IMG/VR virus record: IMGVR_UViG_3300043446_003110
Source: a virus
Reading direction: 5' to 3' (one strand)
DNA: 64,000 nucleotides
Shown: positions 26,265 to 35,971 of the stretch, piece by piece
How the letters are laid out: each line of letters starts with the position of its first letter
Position numbering within the stretch: position 1 is the first letter of the stretch
Position numbers and translations under genes: made by a program
The notes under the pieces: generated by a model
The model's input: the letters and a program-made list of their open reading frames with translations, nothing else
Told to the model about the DNA's origin: nothing
Database searches by the model: none

Positions 26265-26903
26265 ATGGATATAACACTATTAGTAGGTACATGCGATAAA
26301 TACAATTTTTTGTGGAAAAACTTTTCAATATTATTTGATAGATATTGGGATCACTCCATAAATATATCTAAATATTTCTTATCCGAAACTGTGTCATATA
26401 ATGACTATGGATTTAAGTCTATTTTACCGGGCAAAATTCCATATTCCGATTGCCTAAAGTATGCTCTTAAATGTGTCGATACTAAGTATATTTTATGGAT
26501 GCAAGATGATTACTTTCTGCAAAAAACTATTTGTAAATCTCAGTTTCAATATTATATGAATCTAATTGATATAGGAATTGATAGGTTTGGCATACATGAT
26601 GACAGTATTTATTATAGCAAATATCATATAATTAACAATATATATAAATTACATCAATATAGCTTATATACTATATCTATGCAAGCCTCAATATGGAATA
26701 AAGAATTCTTTGAGTCGTGTTTAATATCTAGTGGGACTGAAACTCCTTGGGAATTTGAAGTCAATGGAAGTCAAAGATTAAACAATAAAAATCACAATAT
26801 TGTGTTTGACAAACAAGAAACTCCATGGTATAAGGAAGCCATGAGAAAGGGGCAATTTACTACTGATTATTACTCTATATTAGAATCAGAAAGACTGATA
26901 TGA
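26265..26903 (+). CDS. glycosyltransferase-like protein (GT-A, DxD-like)
   Basis: YILWMQDDYFL, QASIWNK, TPWEFE. Confidence 0.7.
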   Translation: MDITLLVGTCDKYNFLWKNFSILFDRYWDHSINISKYFLSETVSYNDYGFKSILPGKIPYSDCLKYALKCVDTKYILWMQDDYFLQKTICKSQFQYYMNLIDIGIDRFGIHDDSIYYSKYHIINNIYKLHQYSLYTISMQASIWNKEFFESCLISSGTETPWEFEVNGSQRLNNKNHNIVFDKQETPWYKEAMRKGQFTTDYYSILESERLI

Positions 26904-27250
26904 AATTTGAAGAAGCACTTCGATTGAAAATTGGTGATAAAATTTATACACATTCTGGAGAGACAGTTGTAGTATCCGGGTGGAGCAAAAAATTTGACAA
27001 CCCGTGTATATCAGATGATTTATATTTTACGTGTATCGATACATCATTAAATACCATTCAGTATAGATATGATGAACTTTGTGGCCCAGAACTATGCGAT
27101 GAAGACAAAATGTTTATTGAGTGGTATCATAACGAATCTCCACAAAATGAAAATATGATTTCATACTTAAAATCTGCTTTTATGAAAGGTTTTCAGTGTG
27201 GATATTCCCACAAGCAACGTATATCCTGCGAAGATCAATTGCAAAAATAA
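26900..27250 (+). CDS. hypothetical protein
   Basis: ORF in operon context. Confidence 0.65.
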   Translation: MKFEEALRLKIGDKIYTHSGETVVVSGWSKKFDNPCISDDLYFTCIDTSLNTIQYRYDELCGPELCDEDKMFIEWYHNESPQNENMISYLKSAFMKGFQCGYSHKQRISCEDQLQK

Positions 27251-27251
27251 T

Positions 27252-27500
27252 ATGTTTAAAATCACAGAAGTAAAAAGTTGGGCAAAACGCTGGGGATACT
27301 CTATAATAAAAGAGAAGGATGACAGTGTTAATGGTGCTAGTTATTACTGGTGTAAAGATGATGACTCCTCAATAACTGGCGTAGCTTTAAGTGTAAGTAA
27401 AGTTGCCGCAGCTGTATATAATCATATGACAGAAAATAGATGGATTGAACATCAAAAACAATACAGGAAAATACAAAATGGACCAAGTGAAATTAATTAG
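27252..27500 (+). CDS. hypothetical protein
   Basis: In-frame ATG at 27252. Confidence 0.6.
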   Translation: MFKITEVKSWAKRWGYSIIKEKDDSVNGASYYWCKDDDSSITGVALSVSKVAAAVYNHMTENRWIEHQKQYRKIQNGPSEIN

Positions 27501-28134
27501 TGTCACTCCAGATGCTGAAAAAAATATCGCTTATTGTGCTAGAGTAAGCAATCCTAATAATCAAGACAATGAGAACTATGCTAAACTTTTAAAGTATTGC
27601 ATAGACCACAAACATTGGTCAATATTTGAAATGGCTTTTCTCACTCTAGAGATTAATACCACAAGAGGACTTGCTGCACAAATTTTAAGGCATAGAAGCT
27701 TTACATTCCAAGAATTTAGCCAGAGGTATGCAGACGCAACTTTATTAGGCGAGGATATACCACTGTTTGAACTTCGCCGCCAAGACAATAAAAATAGACA
27801 AAATAGTATTAATGATATTGACCAAGAAACAATTGTAAAGTGGAATACTCAAATACGAGAACATTTTGCAAAAGCAAAAGCTTTATATGATGGAATGATT
27901 AAAGACGGTGTAGCAAAAGAATGTGCAAGGTTTGTGTTACCACTCGCTACTCCGACTAGAATGTATATTAGTGGCAGTGTAAGGTCGTGGATTACATACA
28001 TAGCATTGCGAGAAAAAAACGGCACTCAGAAAGAACATATCGAAATTGCTAAAAGTTGTAAAAAAATATTCTGTGAACAATTTCCTATAATTTCAGAAGC
28101 ATTAGGTGGTTTTATGCAAGATTGGTGTATATAA
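27478..28134 (+). CDS. thyX: flavin-dependent thymidylate synthase
   Basis: HWSIFE, QILRHRSFTFQEFSQRY, ECARFVLP. Confidence 0.95.
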   Translation: MDQVKLISVTPDAEKNIAYCARVSNPNNQDNENYAKLLKYCIDHKHWSIFEMAFLTLEINTTRGLAAQILRHRSFTFQEFSQRYADATLLGEDIPLFELRRQDNKNRQNSINDIDQETIVKWNTQIREHFAKAKALYDGMIKDGVAKECARFVLPLATPTRMYISGSVRSWITYIALREKNGTQKEHIEIAKSCKKIFCEQFPIISEALGGFMQDWCI

Positions 28135-28175
28135 GAATGTATAGTATATAAATATACATTCTAGGAGACACTATT

Positions 28176-28790
28176 ATGCCAAGAAATAAGAGTTTAAAAA
28201 TAGGTGATATAATTGGCTCAAATAATTTAGAAGTTTTAGATACAAAAACTGTAGCTGAAGGCACAACGAAAACAAAACGAGGCTGGTCTAAAGTTCATTG
28301 TAGACTATGTAAAAAAAATAAATGGATGAGAAATAATATCTTAAAAAGAGAAAGAACCACAAGTTGTGGATGCGTATCTAGAGATTCTAAAACTTGGAAA
28401 ATAAAAAAACAAAGGAATATGACTTGGCAATTAGACAAAGGAGAGTCAGCATTTAATAATTTGTTTTCTCAATATGCACACAGTGCAAAAAAAAGAAATC
28501 TATCTTTTGAGTTATCAAAAATAGAATTTAAACAATTAACTAAAAAACCATGTTATTATTGCGGAAGAGAACCACATAGAATAATAAAAGGACAAGGAAA
28601 AACTAGTGGGGACTATGTATATAATGGTTTAGACAGAGTAAACAACGATATTGGATACAATATTGATAATATTGTCAGTTGTTGTTTTGATTGTAATTCT
28701 GGCAAAAGAACTTTGTCACAACAAGATTTTTTTGCACACATTAAACGAATTTATGACTTACATTATGAAAAAATGCAAACAAATTTTTAA
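28176..28790 (+). CDS. HNH-like homing endonuclease inserted at the thyX 3' end
   Basis: TTSCGC; CYYCG..NGLDRVNNDIGY..NIVSCCFDCNSGK. Confidence 0.82.
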   Translation: MPRNKSLKIGDIIGSNNLEVLDTKTVAEGTTKTKRGWSKVHCRLCKKNKWMRNNILKRERTTSCGCVSRDSKTWKIKKQRNMTWQLDKGESAFNNLFSQYAHSAKKRNLSFELSKIEFKQLTKKPCYYCGREPHRIIKGQGKTSGDYVYNGLDRVNNDIGYNIDNIVSCCFDCNSGKRTLSQQDFFAHIKRIYDLHYEKMQTNF

Positions 28791-28845
28791 TCAACAATTT
28801 CCTTTAATTAGCGAGGCTTTAGGTTGGAATGAAACTCAAACTTGA
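28768..28845 (+). pseudogene. orphan duplicate of the thyX 3' end
   Basis: KKCKQIFNQQFPLISEALG vs ThyX C-terminus KSCKKIFCEQFPIISEALG. Confidence 0.85.
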
Positions 28846-29131
28846 AATGTCCGAAAGTGACATTGTTCGTGCGATGCGTGATAATAGACATTCGCCTTTA
28901 GAACTATTAGCAGCACGGGTTTTTAAGGAAGATATAAAGAATGTAGAAGTCACAAATGATTCTATAATATTATGGGATGATTCTATAAATGACTACAATT
29001 CATATCGATATTGCACTGAAGATATAGATACAATAGTATCTTTCGTGGATGAATGGGCAGATTACGTTGATGGACACTTGGTTGATTTTGCATTGGAACC
29101 AATATCATTTTGCGTAGAAGAGAACCCGTAA
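28829..29131 (+). CDS. hypothetical acidic protein
   Basis: Overlaps the orphan thyX tail as if translationally coupled. Confidence 0.7.
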   Translation: MKLKLEMSESDIVRAMRDNRHSPLELLAARVFKEDIKNVEVTNDSIILWDDSINDYNSYRYCTEDIDTIVSFVDEWADYVDGHLVDFALEPISFCVEENP

Positions 29132-29149
29132 AAAAATTAACGCCACGCC

Positions 29150-29177
29150 TTGACAACGCCGATAACTCTGGTATACT
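29150..29177 (+). promoter_or_regulatory. sigma70-like promoter of the rII operon
   Basis: TTGACA-16-TATACT with GCCGAT in spacer. Confidence 0.8.
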
Positions 29178-29223
29178 CAGAGGCATACACAGCACTTAAG
29201 CACTTTTTAGGAGATTAGCAATT

Positions 29224-31362
29224 ATGAAACTTCACGCTGGTACGAACGTCATTGAGAAGTCTGGTCAGTTCGAAGAGTCTAAGTTTAGTATTGAGGCTTC
29301 GTCTAAGGCTTTCTTTATTCTTTCTGACGGTCTTTATTCTAACAAGATTCTTGCTGTTGTTCGTGAACTTTCCACGAATGCTTATGATTCTCACGTTGAA
29401 GCTGGTAAGGCCGACGTTCCTTTTGATGTTCATATTCCGACTCATCTTGAGCCGACGTTTTTTATTCGTGATTATGGCACAAGCATGAATCACGAAGATT
29501 GTATGCAACTGTATACTACGTATTTCCGTAGTACCCGTAATAATAGCAATGATGCTGTTGGTTGCCTTGGTCTTGGTAGCAAGGCTCCGTTTGCTTACGC
29601 CGATAGTTTTACTGTCGAAGCATATCTTAATGGTATTCGCCGCCTCTATACTGCATACAAGAATGAGGACGGTAGCCCCGTTTTTTCTCTTCTGGATGAA
29701 ACTGAAACTTCTGAGGCTAATGGCATCAAGGTTTCTATTAATGTCAATACGAACGATGTTAATCGTTTTCACAGTGAAGCAGTTCGCGTATATGAATATT
29801 TTAAGGTCAAGCCTAACTTTATTGGACAGAAACTTTCATTCCGCAATGTAGATAAAGTTCTTGCTGGTAAGAATTGGTATTTTGATGACAATGCTAACGA
29901 CAACTTGATTATCATGGGTCAGATTGCATACCCAATTGACACTTATCAACTTATTTCTAATCTTGACAAGTCCTTTGAGCGTCATCGTCGCTTTGTTGAA
30001 CACTCTGATGGTCTGCGTATTTTCGTGAACATTGGGGATGTTGATATTACTCCTAGTCGCGAGTCACTTTCTTATAGCCGCGAGACTAAGAATAATATTC
30101 TTACGATTGTTGATGCTATTACGCATGAAATCAAGGATAAGATTGAAGAGCAAATTGCTAATCAACCCTCTTTGTTTAAGGCTCGTATGAAGTATGTTCA
30201 AATTAGCAATCAGTGTTCTTCGATCAGCACTGCTATGGAGTCTCTCCAGAAGTCTATCGCTTGGAAAGAGATGAAACTTTTTGATAGCGTTGCTGGTGAA
30301 TACATTAATATTAAGGATAAGATTGTTCTTAATAGTCTTGACAAGTCTCAATATCGTTCCAAGGTAGATATCAAGTACGGCATTGAACGTATGTGCTTTA
30401 CAGAAAATGCCAAGTTTTTTATTGACGATCTGACTCGCGGAGGATTGAGTCGTATCCGTCAATATATGAAAGATCGAAGCGGTTCTCAAATCTCTTATGT
30501 TTACAAACTTAAGGATAATGAGACTGTTGACAACTCCAATCTCCTTGTTATGATGGGTAATGCCTCTAGGGAAGATGTTATTCTTACATCTACTCTTGAT
30601 AAGGTGAACTATAATCGTACTAGGAGTATTGGCGGAAGTTCCGAACCGGTTGTTCAAGTTCAAGTTTTTAATGAAGAAACTGGACACTTTGAAGAGTGCA
30701 AGATGAGTGTAAAGTATGAGAATGCACATTATTTCAAAGAGTCTAAAGAGACTGTTAATCTTGTAAACTCTGAAGTCGCTGTGCATTATCTTGAGGGTAT
30801 TCTTGGTTATGTACACAAGAATTATGCAGATATGATCGGTGATGCCACATTTTATATCATCAAGCCTTCTGTTATCAAAAACAGGAAGCTTGAAGAGCGT
30901 GATAATTGGTTTGACGGTGCTTCTCTGATTGGAAATATTCTTAACAAGGCGGCTATTGCGAACAAGAAGAATATTATTGAGTGCCAGAAGAGGTATTATC
31001 TCTCTAGTCAGCGTCATGATCGCTGGAAGGATTGCATCATGATGACTACTACAGACAATGAACTTAAAAGGATTGTTCTTGAGCATGATGCTCACGCAAA
31101 GGAACTCAATGCCATTCGTCAAGATATGAACTACATCTACGAGGCATCGCACAGATTCCCTTCAATTGAATCTATCAATTTGTCTGGAATCAAGTTGGAT
31201 GATACTAGGTATTCTGCTAGGTTTGACGAAGAGATTAAGAGGTATCCTATGCTTCGACTTCTTTCCAATGTTTGGTCAGATCAAGATAGGAAACTTGTTG
31301 CAGATTACATCGACACTGTAAACGTCGGTGCTAACGCGATGAATGTTTTGAACGCTATGTGA
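29224..31362 (+). CDS. rIIA: RIIA-like protein (GHKL ATPase N-terminus)
   Basis: LYSNKILAVVRELSTNAYDSH, IRDYGT, GLGSKAPFAY, ITPSRESLSY. Confidence 0.9.
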   Translation: MKLHAGTNVIEKSGQFEESKFSIEASSKAFFILSDGLYSNKILAVVRELSTNAYDSHVEAGKADVPFDVHIPTHLEPTFFIRDYGTSMNHEDCMQLYTTYFRSTRNNSNDAVGCLGLGSKAPFAYADSFTVEAYLNGIRRLYTAYKNEDGSPVFSLLDETETSEANGIKVSINVNTNDVNRFHSEAVRVYEYFKVKPNFIGQKLSFRNVDKVLAGKNWYFDDNANDNLIIMGQIAYPIDTYQLISNLDKSFERHRRFVEHSDGLRIFVNIGDVDITPSRESLSYSRETKNNILTIVDAITHEIKDKIEEQIANQPSLFKARMKYVQISNQCSSISTAMESLQKSIAWKEMKLFDSVAGEYINIKDKIVLNSLDKSQYRSKVDIKYGIERMCFTENAKFFIDDLTRGGLSRIRQYMKDRSGSQISYVYKLKDNETVDNSNLLVMMGNASREDVILTSTLDKVNYNRTRSIGGSSEPVVQVQVFNEETGHFEECKMSVKYENAHYFKESKETVNLVNSEVAVHYLEGILGYVHKNYADMIGDATFYIIKPSVIKNRKLEERDNWFDGASLIGNILNKAAIANKKNIIECQKRYYLSSQRHDRWKDCIMMTTTDNELKRIVLEHDAHAKELNAIRQDMNYIYEASHRFPSIESINLSGIKLDDTRYSARFDEEIKRYPMLRLLSNVWSDQDRKLVADYIDTVNVGANAMNVLNAM

Positions 31363-31390
31363 TGCTATAATACACTAAGGAGACACACAA

Positions 31391-32269
31391 ATGAAATACA
31401 TTATTGCAAATGATGGTACGGTTACTGCGGTTGTTAGTGGTCAGACATATTGCTTTGGCAAGTCTCATCCTAATTATAATAAGCTTATTGGTTATCTTAA
31501 GACTAATAATGTTGAACATTTTGAAGCGGCCTATGATATTATCTCTAAGGTAAATTCTTACTGTGAGGGATATGTAAATTGCCAAGATGGTAGTCTTAGC
31601 TGGGATGGTATTAAGATGCCAGATATGTTCACTGGAACAATTCTTGATATGATTAAGCAGGGCTTTCCTTTTGAACCAATGCTTAACTTTCTTGACAATC
31701 TGAGCCAGAACCCTTCTGATCACGCAGTTGTAGAACTGTTTGATTTTATGGAAAACAAGAACATGCCTATTACTTACGATGGTCATTTCTTGGCATACAA
31801 GGCTGTTCGCAATGACTATAAGGATATTTACTCTGGTACTTTCAATAATAATGTTGGTGATATTTGTTCTGTGCCTCGTAGTGCTGTAGACAGCAATCGT
31901 AGCAATGGATGCGGACACGGTTTGCACGTTGGTGCGATTGATTATGCAAAGAGTTATGGCGGCATTGATCTTGATGATATTGATGGCGGTGGGAATGATG
32001 GTGGAAATCGTCTTATGATTTGCAAGGTCAATCCACGCGATGTAGTCAGCGTTCCTACTGATTCTAAATTTCAGAAGCTTCGTTGCTGCCAGTATGAAGT
32101 TGTAGCTGAATTCGATAGTATTTTTGATAAGGTTGTTCATATGACTAGCGACGATATTGCTCACGTTCAACGTCAGAAGCGTAATCGTGAATGGATTGTT
32201 GAAGTCACCGCAAAGATTGAACGCCTTAATAAAGTTCTCTCAAGGCGTATGCAGACAGTGAGTGTTTGA
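31391..32269 (+). CDS. rIIB: RIIB-like protein
   Basis: ITYDGHFLAYKAV, CGHGLHVG, KVNPRDVVSVPTD..KLRCCQYEVV; follows rIIA. Confidence 0.9.
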   Translation: MKYIIANDGTVTAVVSGQTYCFGKSHPNYNKLIGYLKTNNVEHFEAAYDIISKVNSYCEGYVNCQDGSLSWDGIKMPDMFTGTILDMIKQGFPFEPMLNFLDNLSQNPSDHAVVELFDFMENKNMPITYDGHFLAYKAVRNDYKDIYSGTFNNNVGDICSVPRSAVDSNRSNGCGHGLHVGAIDYAKSYGGIDLDDIDGGGNDGGNRLMICKVNPRDVVSVPTDSKFQKLRCCQYEVVAEFDSIFDKVVHMTSDDIAHVQRQKRNREWIVEVTAKIERLNKVLSRRMQTVSV

Positions 32270-32281
32270 GTGTGTGTGTTG

Positions 32282-32318
32282 AAGCCGATGGGGGAAGAAA
32301 TTCCCCTGTCGGTTTTTT
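32282..32318 (+). terminator. rho-independent terminator
   Basis: AAGCCGATGGGGAA-GAAA-TTCCCCTGTCGGTT-TTTT. Confidence 0.8.
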
Positions 32319-32331
32319 CGTGGAGATATAA

Positions 32332-33375
32332 ATGAATATTAATAATGACATTAAACTTGACTTTGACGATGTATTACTCGTTCCACAGCGATCCCGAGCC
32401 GCTTCACGGTCCTTGGTCGATCTAAAAAGAACATTCAAATTTTTCCATTCATCTTTGGAGTGGAGCGGTACTCCTATAATATCTTCTAATATGGATACCA
32501 CTGGTACTTTTCAAATGGCTGAATCATTATCTAAGAGAGATTGCATAACATGCCTACATAAGCACCACAATGTAAATGATTACATTTTAAATATGCAAAA
32601 TCTTAATACATTTTGGTACAGTATGGGAATTAGTGACGATGAAATCACTAAACTCAAAAAACTTGTTGACTCTATTGAAGCCGTTCCTAATATATGTATT
32701 GATGTTGCAAATGGATATACTGATCAATTTGTAGATCACTGTGCTATGATAAGAGAAAAGTTTGGCACTAGAACTATAATAATGGCTGGCAATGTATGCA
32801 CTCCAGAAATGGTTCATGAATTAATCTTGCACGGTGGCGTTGACATTGTTAAAGTTGGCATAGGTCCGGGATCAGCGTGTACAACTCGTCTAAAAACAGG
32901 AATTGGATATCCTCAACTTTCTGCTATTGATGAATGTTCTCATGCCGCACATGGATTAAAAGCTAAAGATAAATATTTGGGAAGAATCTGTGCTGATGGT
33001 GGTTGTAGAACCCCATCAGACGTTGTAAAAGCGTTTGCGGCAGGGGCAGACTTTGTTATGCTTGGTGGTATGCTTGCTGGCACAGAACAATGCGAAGGAG
33101 AATGGAGTTGGACAAATGAGGGAAGAGTATTAAAGTTCTATGGAATGAGTTCACATGAAGCACAAGAAAAATATGGTGGAATTAAGAATTATCGTGCTAG
33201 TGAAGGTAGAGTAAAGTCTATTCCATATAAAGGAGAAGCTTTAGACATAATAGATGATATACTTGGTGGTATACGTAGTGCATGTGCTTATGTCGGTGCA
33301 GATAGTTTAAAAGATCTGCCTAAGTGTGCAGAATTTGTTAGAGTCAATAGAGTACATTTTGACAAGAGCGTATAA
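32332..33375 (+). CDS. guaC: GMP reductase
   Basis: KLDFDDVLL, NMDTTG, IDVANGY, KVGIGPGSACTTR, FYGMSS, YRASEG. Confidence 0.93.
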   Translation: MNINNDIKLDFDDVLLVPQRSRAASRSLVDLKRTFKFFHSSLEWSGTPIISSNMDTTGTFQMAESLSKRDCITCLHKHHNVNDYILNMQNLNTFWYSMGISDDEITKLKKLVDSIEAVPNICIDVANGYTDQFVDHCAMIREKFGTRTIIMAGNVCTPEMVHELILHGGVDIVKVGIGPGSACTTRLKTGIGYPQLSAIDECSHAAHGLKAKDKYLGRICADGGCRTPSDVVKAFAAGADFVMLGGMLAGTEQCEGEWSWTNEGRVLKFYGMSSHEAQEKYGGIKNYRASEGRVKSIPYKGEALDIIDDILGGIRSACAYVGADSLKDLPKCAEFVRVNRVHFDKSV

Positions 33376-33527
33376 TGGCTATTCCTGCTATAATAATATC
33401 GACGCTGTGTTATTTATTTACATCAATTAATTGTTATATTCAAAACGATAAGCCTCACTGTGTAATGTGGGCTGGATATGTTTTTGCAAACCTTGGACTA
33501 CTTTGGTATGAACTTACAAAACTTTAA
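33375..33527 (+). CDS. 50-aa hydrophobic protein; not in ORF track
   Basis: TAATG-coupled to guaC; MAIPAIIISTLCYLF... Confidence 0.55.
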   Translation: MAIPAIIISTLCYLFTSINCYIQNDKPHCVMWAGYVFANLGLLWYELTKL

Positions 33528-33951
33528 ATGGGATATAAGGTTTTTAGATTTGGCAAAGCTTGTATCAACTTGGTCTAAAGATCCATCTACTAAAATTGGT
33601 GCAGTTATAACAGACAGTGATAATAAAATTATATCACTTGGATATAATGGATTCCCAAAAAAACTTGCAGATGATGACAGATTAAATAATAGAGAAACAA
33701 AATATAAAATGATTATTCATGGAGAAATGAATGCCATCTTATCTGCAAATAGATCGCTTGAAGGATGTACTTTATATACTTATCCTTTTATGCCATGCCC
33801 ACGTTGTGCATCGATGGTTATACAAACTGGAATCAATCGTATAGTATCATATAAAAACATTAATGAAAGATGGGCAGAAGAATTTGAACTGTCATTATCG
33901 TTATTTAAAGAAGCAAACATAGAATATACGGAATATGAGAATGAGTTCTAA
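33508..33951 (+). CDS. dCMP deaminase
   Basis: SKDPSTKIGA, GYNGFP, HGEMNA, PCPRC. Confidence 0.92.
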   Translation: MNLQNFKWDIRFLDLAKLVSTWSKDPSTKIGAVITDSDNKIISLGYNGFPKKLADDDRLNNRETKYKMIIHGEMNAILSANRSLEGCTLYTYPFMPCPRCASMVIQTGINRIVSYKNINERWAEEFELSLSLFKEANIEYTEYENEF

Positions 33952-34377
33952 TAAAAATAGATCCATAAATGAGACATTAGATTTTATAGAAGAATGTATT
34001 CATTCCAATAAACTAGAATTTCTTGCTCAATTAATAGTTAAATTAGAAAGTGAATATATTGAAATTGCAAGAATATCGACGGATGACAATTACAAATCAA
34101 ATTGGACCCATTTACAAGTTTTAGATTATTTGACATATGAACAAAGACCATAGTGTTTTTGTGTCAGCACAGAACTATAATATGACAAACAAAGGAGGAG
34201 ATATGACAGTAATAGATATGGCTAAAGCTCATCTTCAAAATGTTGTTCAACGTATAGAGGACTTGACTAAGCAGCAGGGACTAATACAAAAAGAAATTGA
34301 ACAACTCAAAGTTTATGTAGATAATGGCGTAAAAGATATACAAACATATGAAAGCAAAGTTAATGAAGGAGATTGAA

Positions 34378-34695
34378 ATGAATTATAGTGAATTCTTAAA
34401 TAAGTTGTCTAATATTGCTAATGCTTATCATTGGGATATTAACCAAAATCGTGTAAATGCAACTATTCAAAGTGGCAATTACAAGGGTTTTACATTAAAT
34501 CCAATCACCGCACTAGCCCACAAGTCTGGTTTTGGTTTTTTCAACAATAACAGAGAAGATACCGAATTTGCAGCAAGACTTCTTGGCATTCCACGAACAT
34601 TTGCCAGAAATGTATATAGTGCCACATTAGCGTCTGACAATCGCGGAAACACACAGGTTTTAAGAGGTAGGATTCGTTCAGCATTGGAGGTATGA
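34378..34695 (+). CDS. hypothetical protein
   Basis: AAGGAG SD before ATG 34378. Confidence 0.7.
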   Translation: MNYSEFLNKLSNIANAYHWDINQNRVNATIQSGNYKGFTLNPITALAHKSGFGFFNNNREDTEFAARLLGIPRTFARNVYSATLASDNRGNTQVLRGRIRSALEV

Positions 34696-34699
34696 TAGC

Positions 34700-35032
34700 A
34701 TGAATATTAACACTTGGCTAGGTTGTGGTAGATTAACGAAAGATGCCGAAATTAGTACTACACAAAAGGGTACTTCAATGGCTAAATTTCGTATGGCAGT
34801 AAATGATCGTAGAAACGAAGAAACTCTTTTTTTGAATATCTTATGCTTTGGAAAGATGGCTGAAGCATTAAAAGATCATCTAAAAAAAGGTAGACTAGTT
34901 GGCGTTCAAGGAAAGTTAAAGATAGATGATTATCAAGACAAGGATGGTAATCAAAAGAATTCAATCTGCGTAATGGCAGATGAAATTTCTTTAGGACCGT
35001 CTGGAACTGTAGGGCAAGATTCTAAAGAGTGA
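34700..35032 (+). CDS. ssb: single-stranded DNA-binding protein (short OB fold)
   Basis: GRLTKDAE, FGKMAE, LKKGRLVGVQGKL. Confidence 0.88.
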   Translation: MNINTWLGCGRLTKDAEISTTQKGTSMAKFRMAVNDRRNEETLFLNILCFGKMAEALKDHLKKGRLVGVQGKLKIDDYQDKDGNQKNSICVMADEISLGPSGTVGQDSKE

Positions 35033-35056
35033 ATTCTGCCTCTAGTCTAATCTTAG

Positions 35057-35093
35057 AATGGCCCGTTAGCATCATGCTGCGGGCCATTTTTTT
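35057..35093 (+). terminator. rho-independent terminator
   Basis: AATGGCCCGTTAGCA-TCA-TGCTGCGGGCCATT-TTTTT. Confidence 0.8.
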
Positions 35094-35104
35094 TAAGTCT
35101 GGGC

Positions 35105-35132
35105 TTGACTTTTCCGATACATACTGTATACT
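35105..35132 (+). promoter_or_regulatory. sigma70-like promoter
   Basis: TTGACT-16-TATACT with TCCGAT in spacer. Confidence 0.7.
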
Positions 35133-35147
35133 TCGTATGAGGAAACT

Positions 35148-35567
35148 ATGAACCCGCAACCAGATCCAACAGTCGGCAATGTTGTAGCAATTATTTTTGT
35201 TTTATCGATTATATTTTATACAATTCAAGCCATTAATCAAAACAAGACTATTCAAATTAGTGATAATTTTATAATTGGATACTTAGAATCTGATCCAATC
35301 ATCATTCAACGTAATGATCCTCCAAACGATTTTGAAAAATTTGATCCTAACACTCCAAAAACCCCGGTTCCTACTAAGTCAAAAGAAATAGATAGTATCA
35401 AAAGTATTGATAAACAACCATTTTATACTGACTGTATTGATGCATTAGTAGCGTTGGGCATGAAGAAGAAAGAAGCAAGACAAACAACTAAAACTGTCTT
35501 TGAGACTACAATCCCGATGCCAGACAATCTACAGTCTTTCTTGTTGACGGCACTAAAAACTAAATGA
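35148..35567 (+). CDS. membrane-anchored protein with RuvA C-terminal-like helical domain
   Basis: N-terminal TM; DCIDALVALGMKKKEA...LLTALK. Confidence 0.6.
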   Translation: MNPQPDPTVGNVVAIIFVLSIIFYTIQAINQNKTIQISDNFIIGYLESDPIIIQRNDPPNDFEKFDPNTPKTPVPTKSKEIDSIKSIDKQPFYTDCIDALVALGMKKKEARQTTKTVFETTIPMPDNLQSFLLTALKTK

Positions 35568-35971
35568 ATATATTACACCAATCTTTAGACATAGCATTAA
35601 GTCTTTTACCAAAAGCCAAAGAAGACCGCAATACAAAAAATAAGTTTTTTCATTTTGCTTTTGCCTATAAACGAAATAAGCTTTTGGCTATGGGTCAAAA
35701 CAATCCAGAAAAAACTCATACCAAAGCATTAATGCTTGCTAAGAGATTTAATACAAATTTGGAACATCCTCACTTTCATGCTGAGACAGACTTAATTTCT
35801 AGACTCTGGGGTAAATACTATATAGATAATAGCCTAAAAATGGTTATACTTCGTTTGAACAAGCGGGGTGAATTACGTTGTAGCAAACCGTGCAAGCGTT
35901 GCGATATGATTATACAGTCACTTGGCATAAATAAAATATGGTGGAGCATTGACAATGGATTCAGTGAATAA
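35564..35971 (+). CDS. Zn-dependent cytidine/nucleotide deaminase-fold protein
   Basis: HAE...SKPCKRC. Confidence 0.8.
   Translation: MNILHQSLDIALSLLPKAKEDRNTKNKFFHFAFAYKRNKLLAMGQNNPEKTHTKALMLAKRFNTNLEHPHFHAETDLISRLWGKYYIDNSLKMVILRLNKRGELRCSKPCKRCDMIIQSLGINKIWWSIDNGFSE

Noticed and set aside
28135-28770. Group I intron in thyX
   Set aside because: thyX is already complete upstream, the flanks are too short for a ribozyme core, and no P/Q/R/S elements were seen.
30064-32170. Long minus-strand ORFs (362 aa and 271 aa)
   Set aside because: Antisense shadows of rIIA/rIIB caused by codon bias; no motifs or SD.
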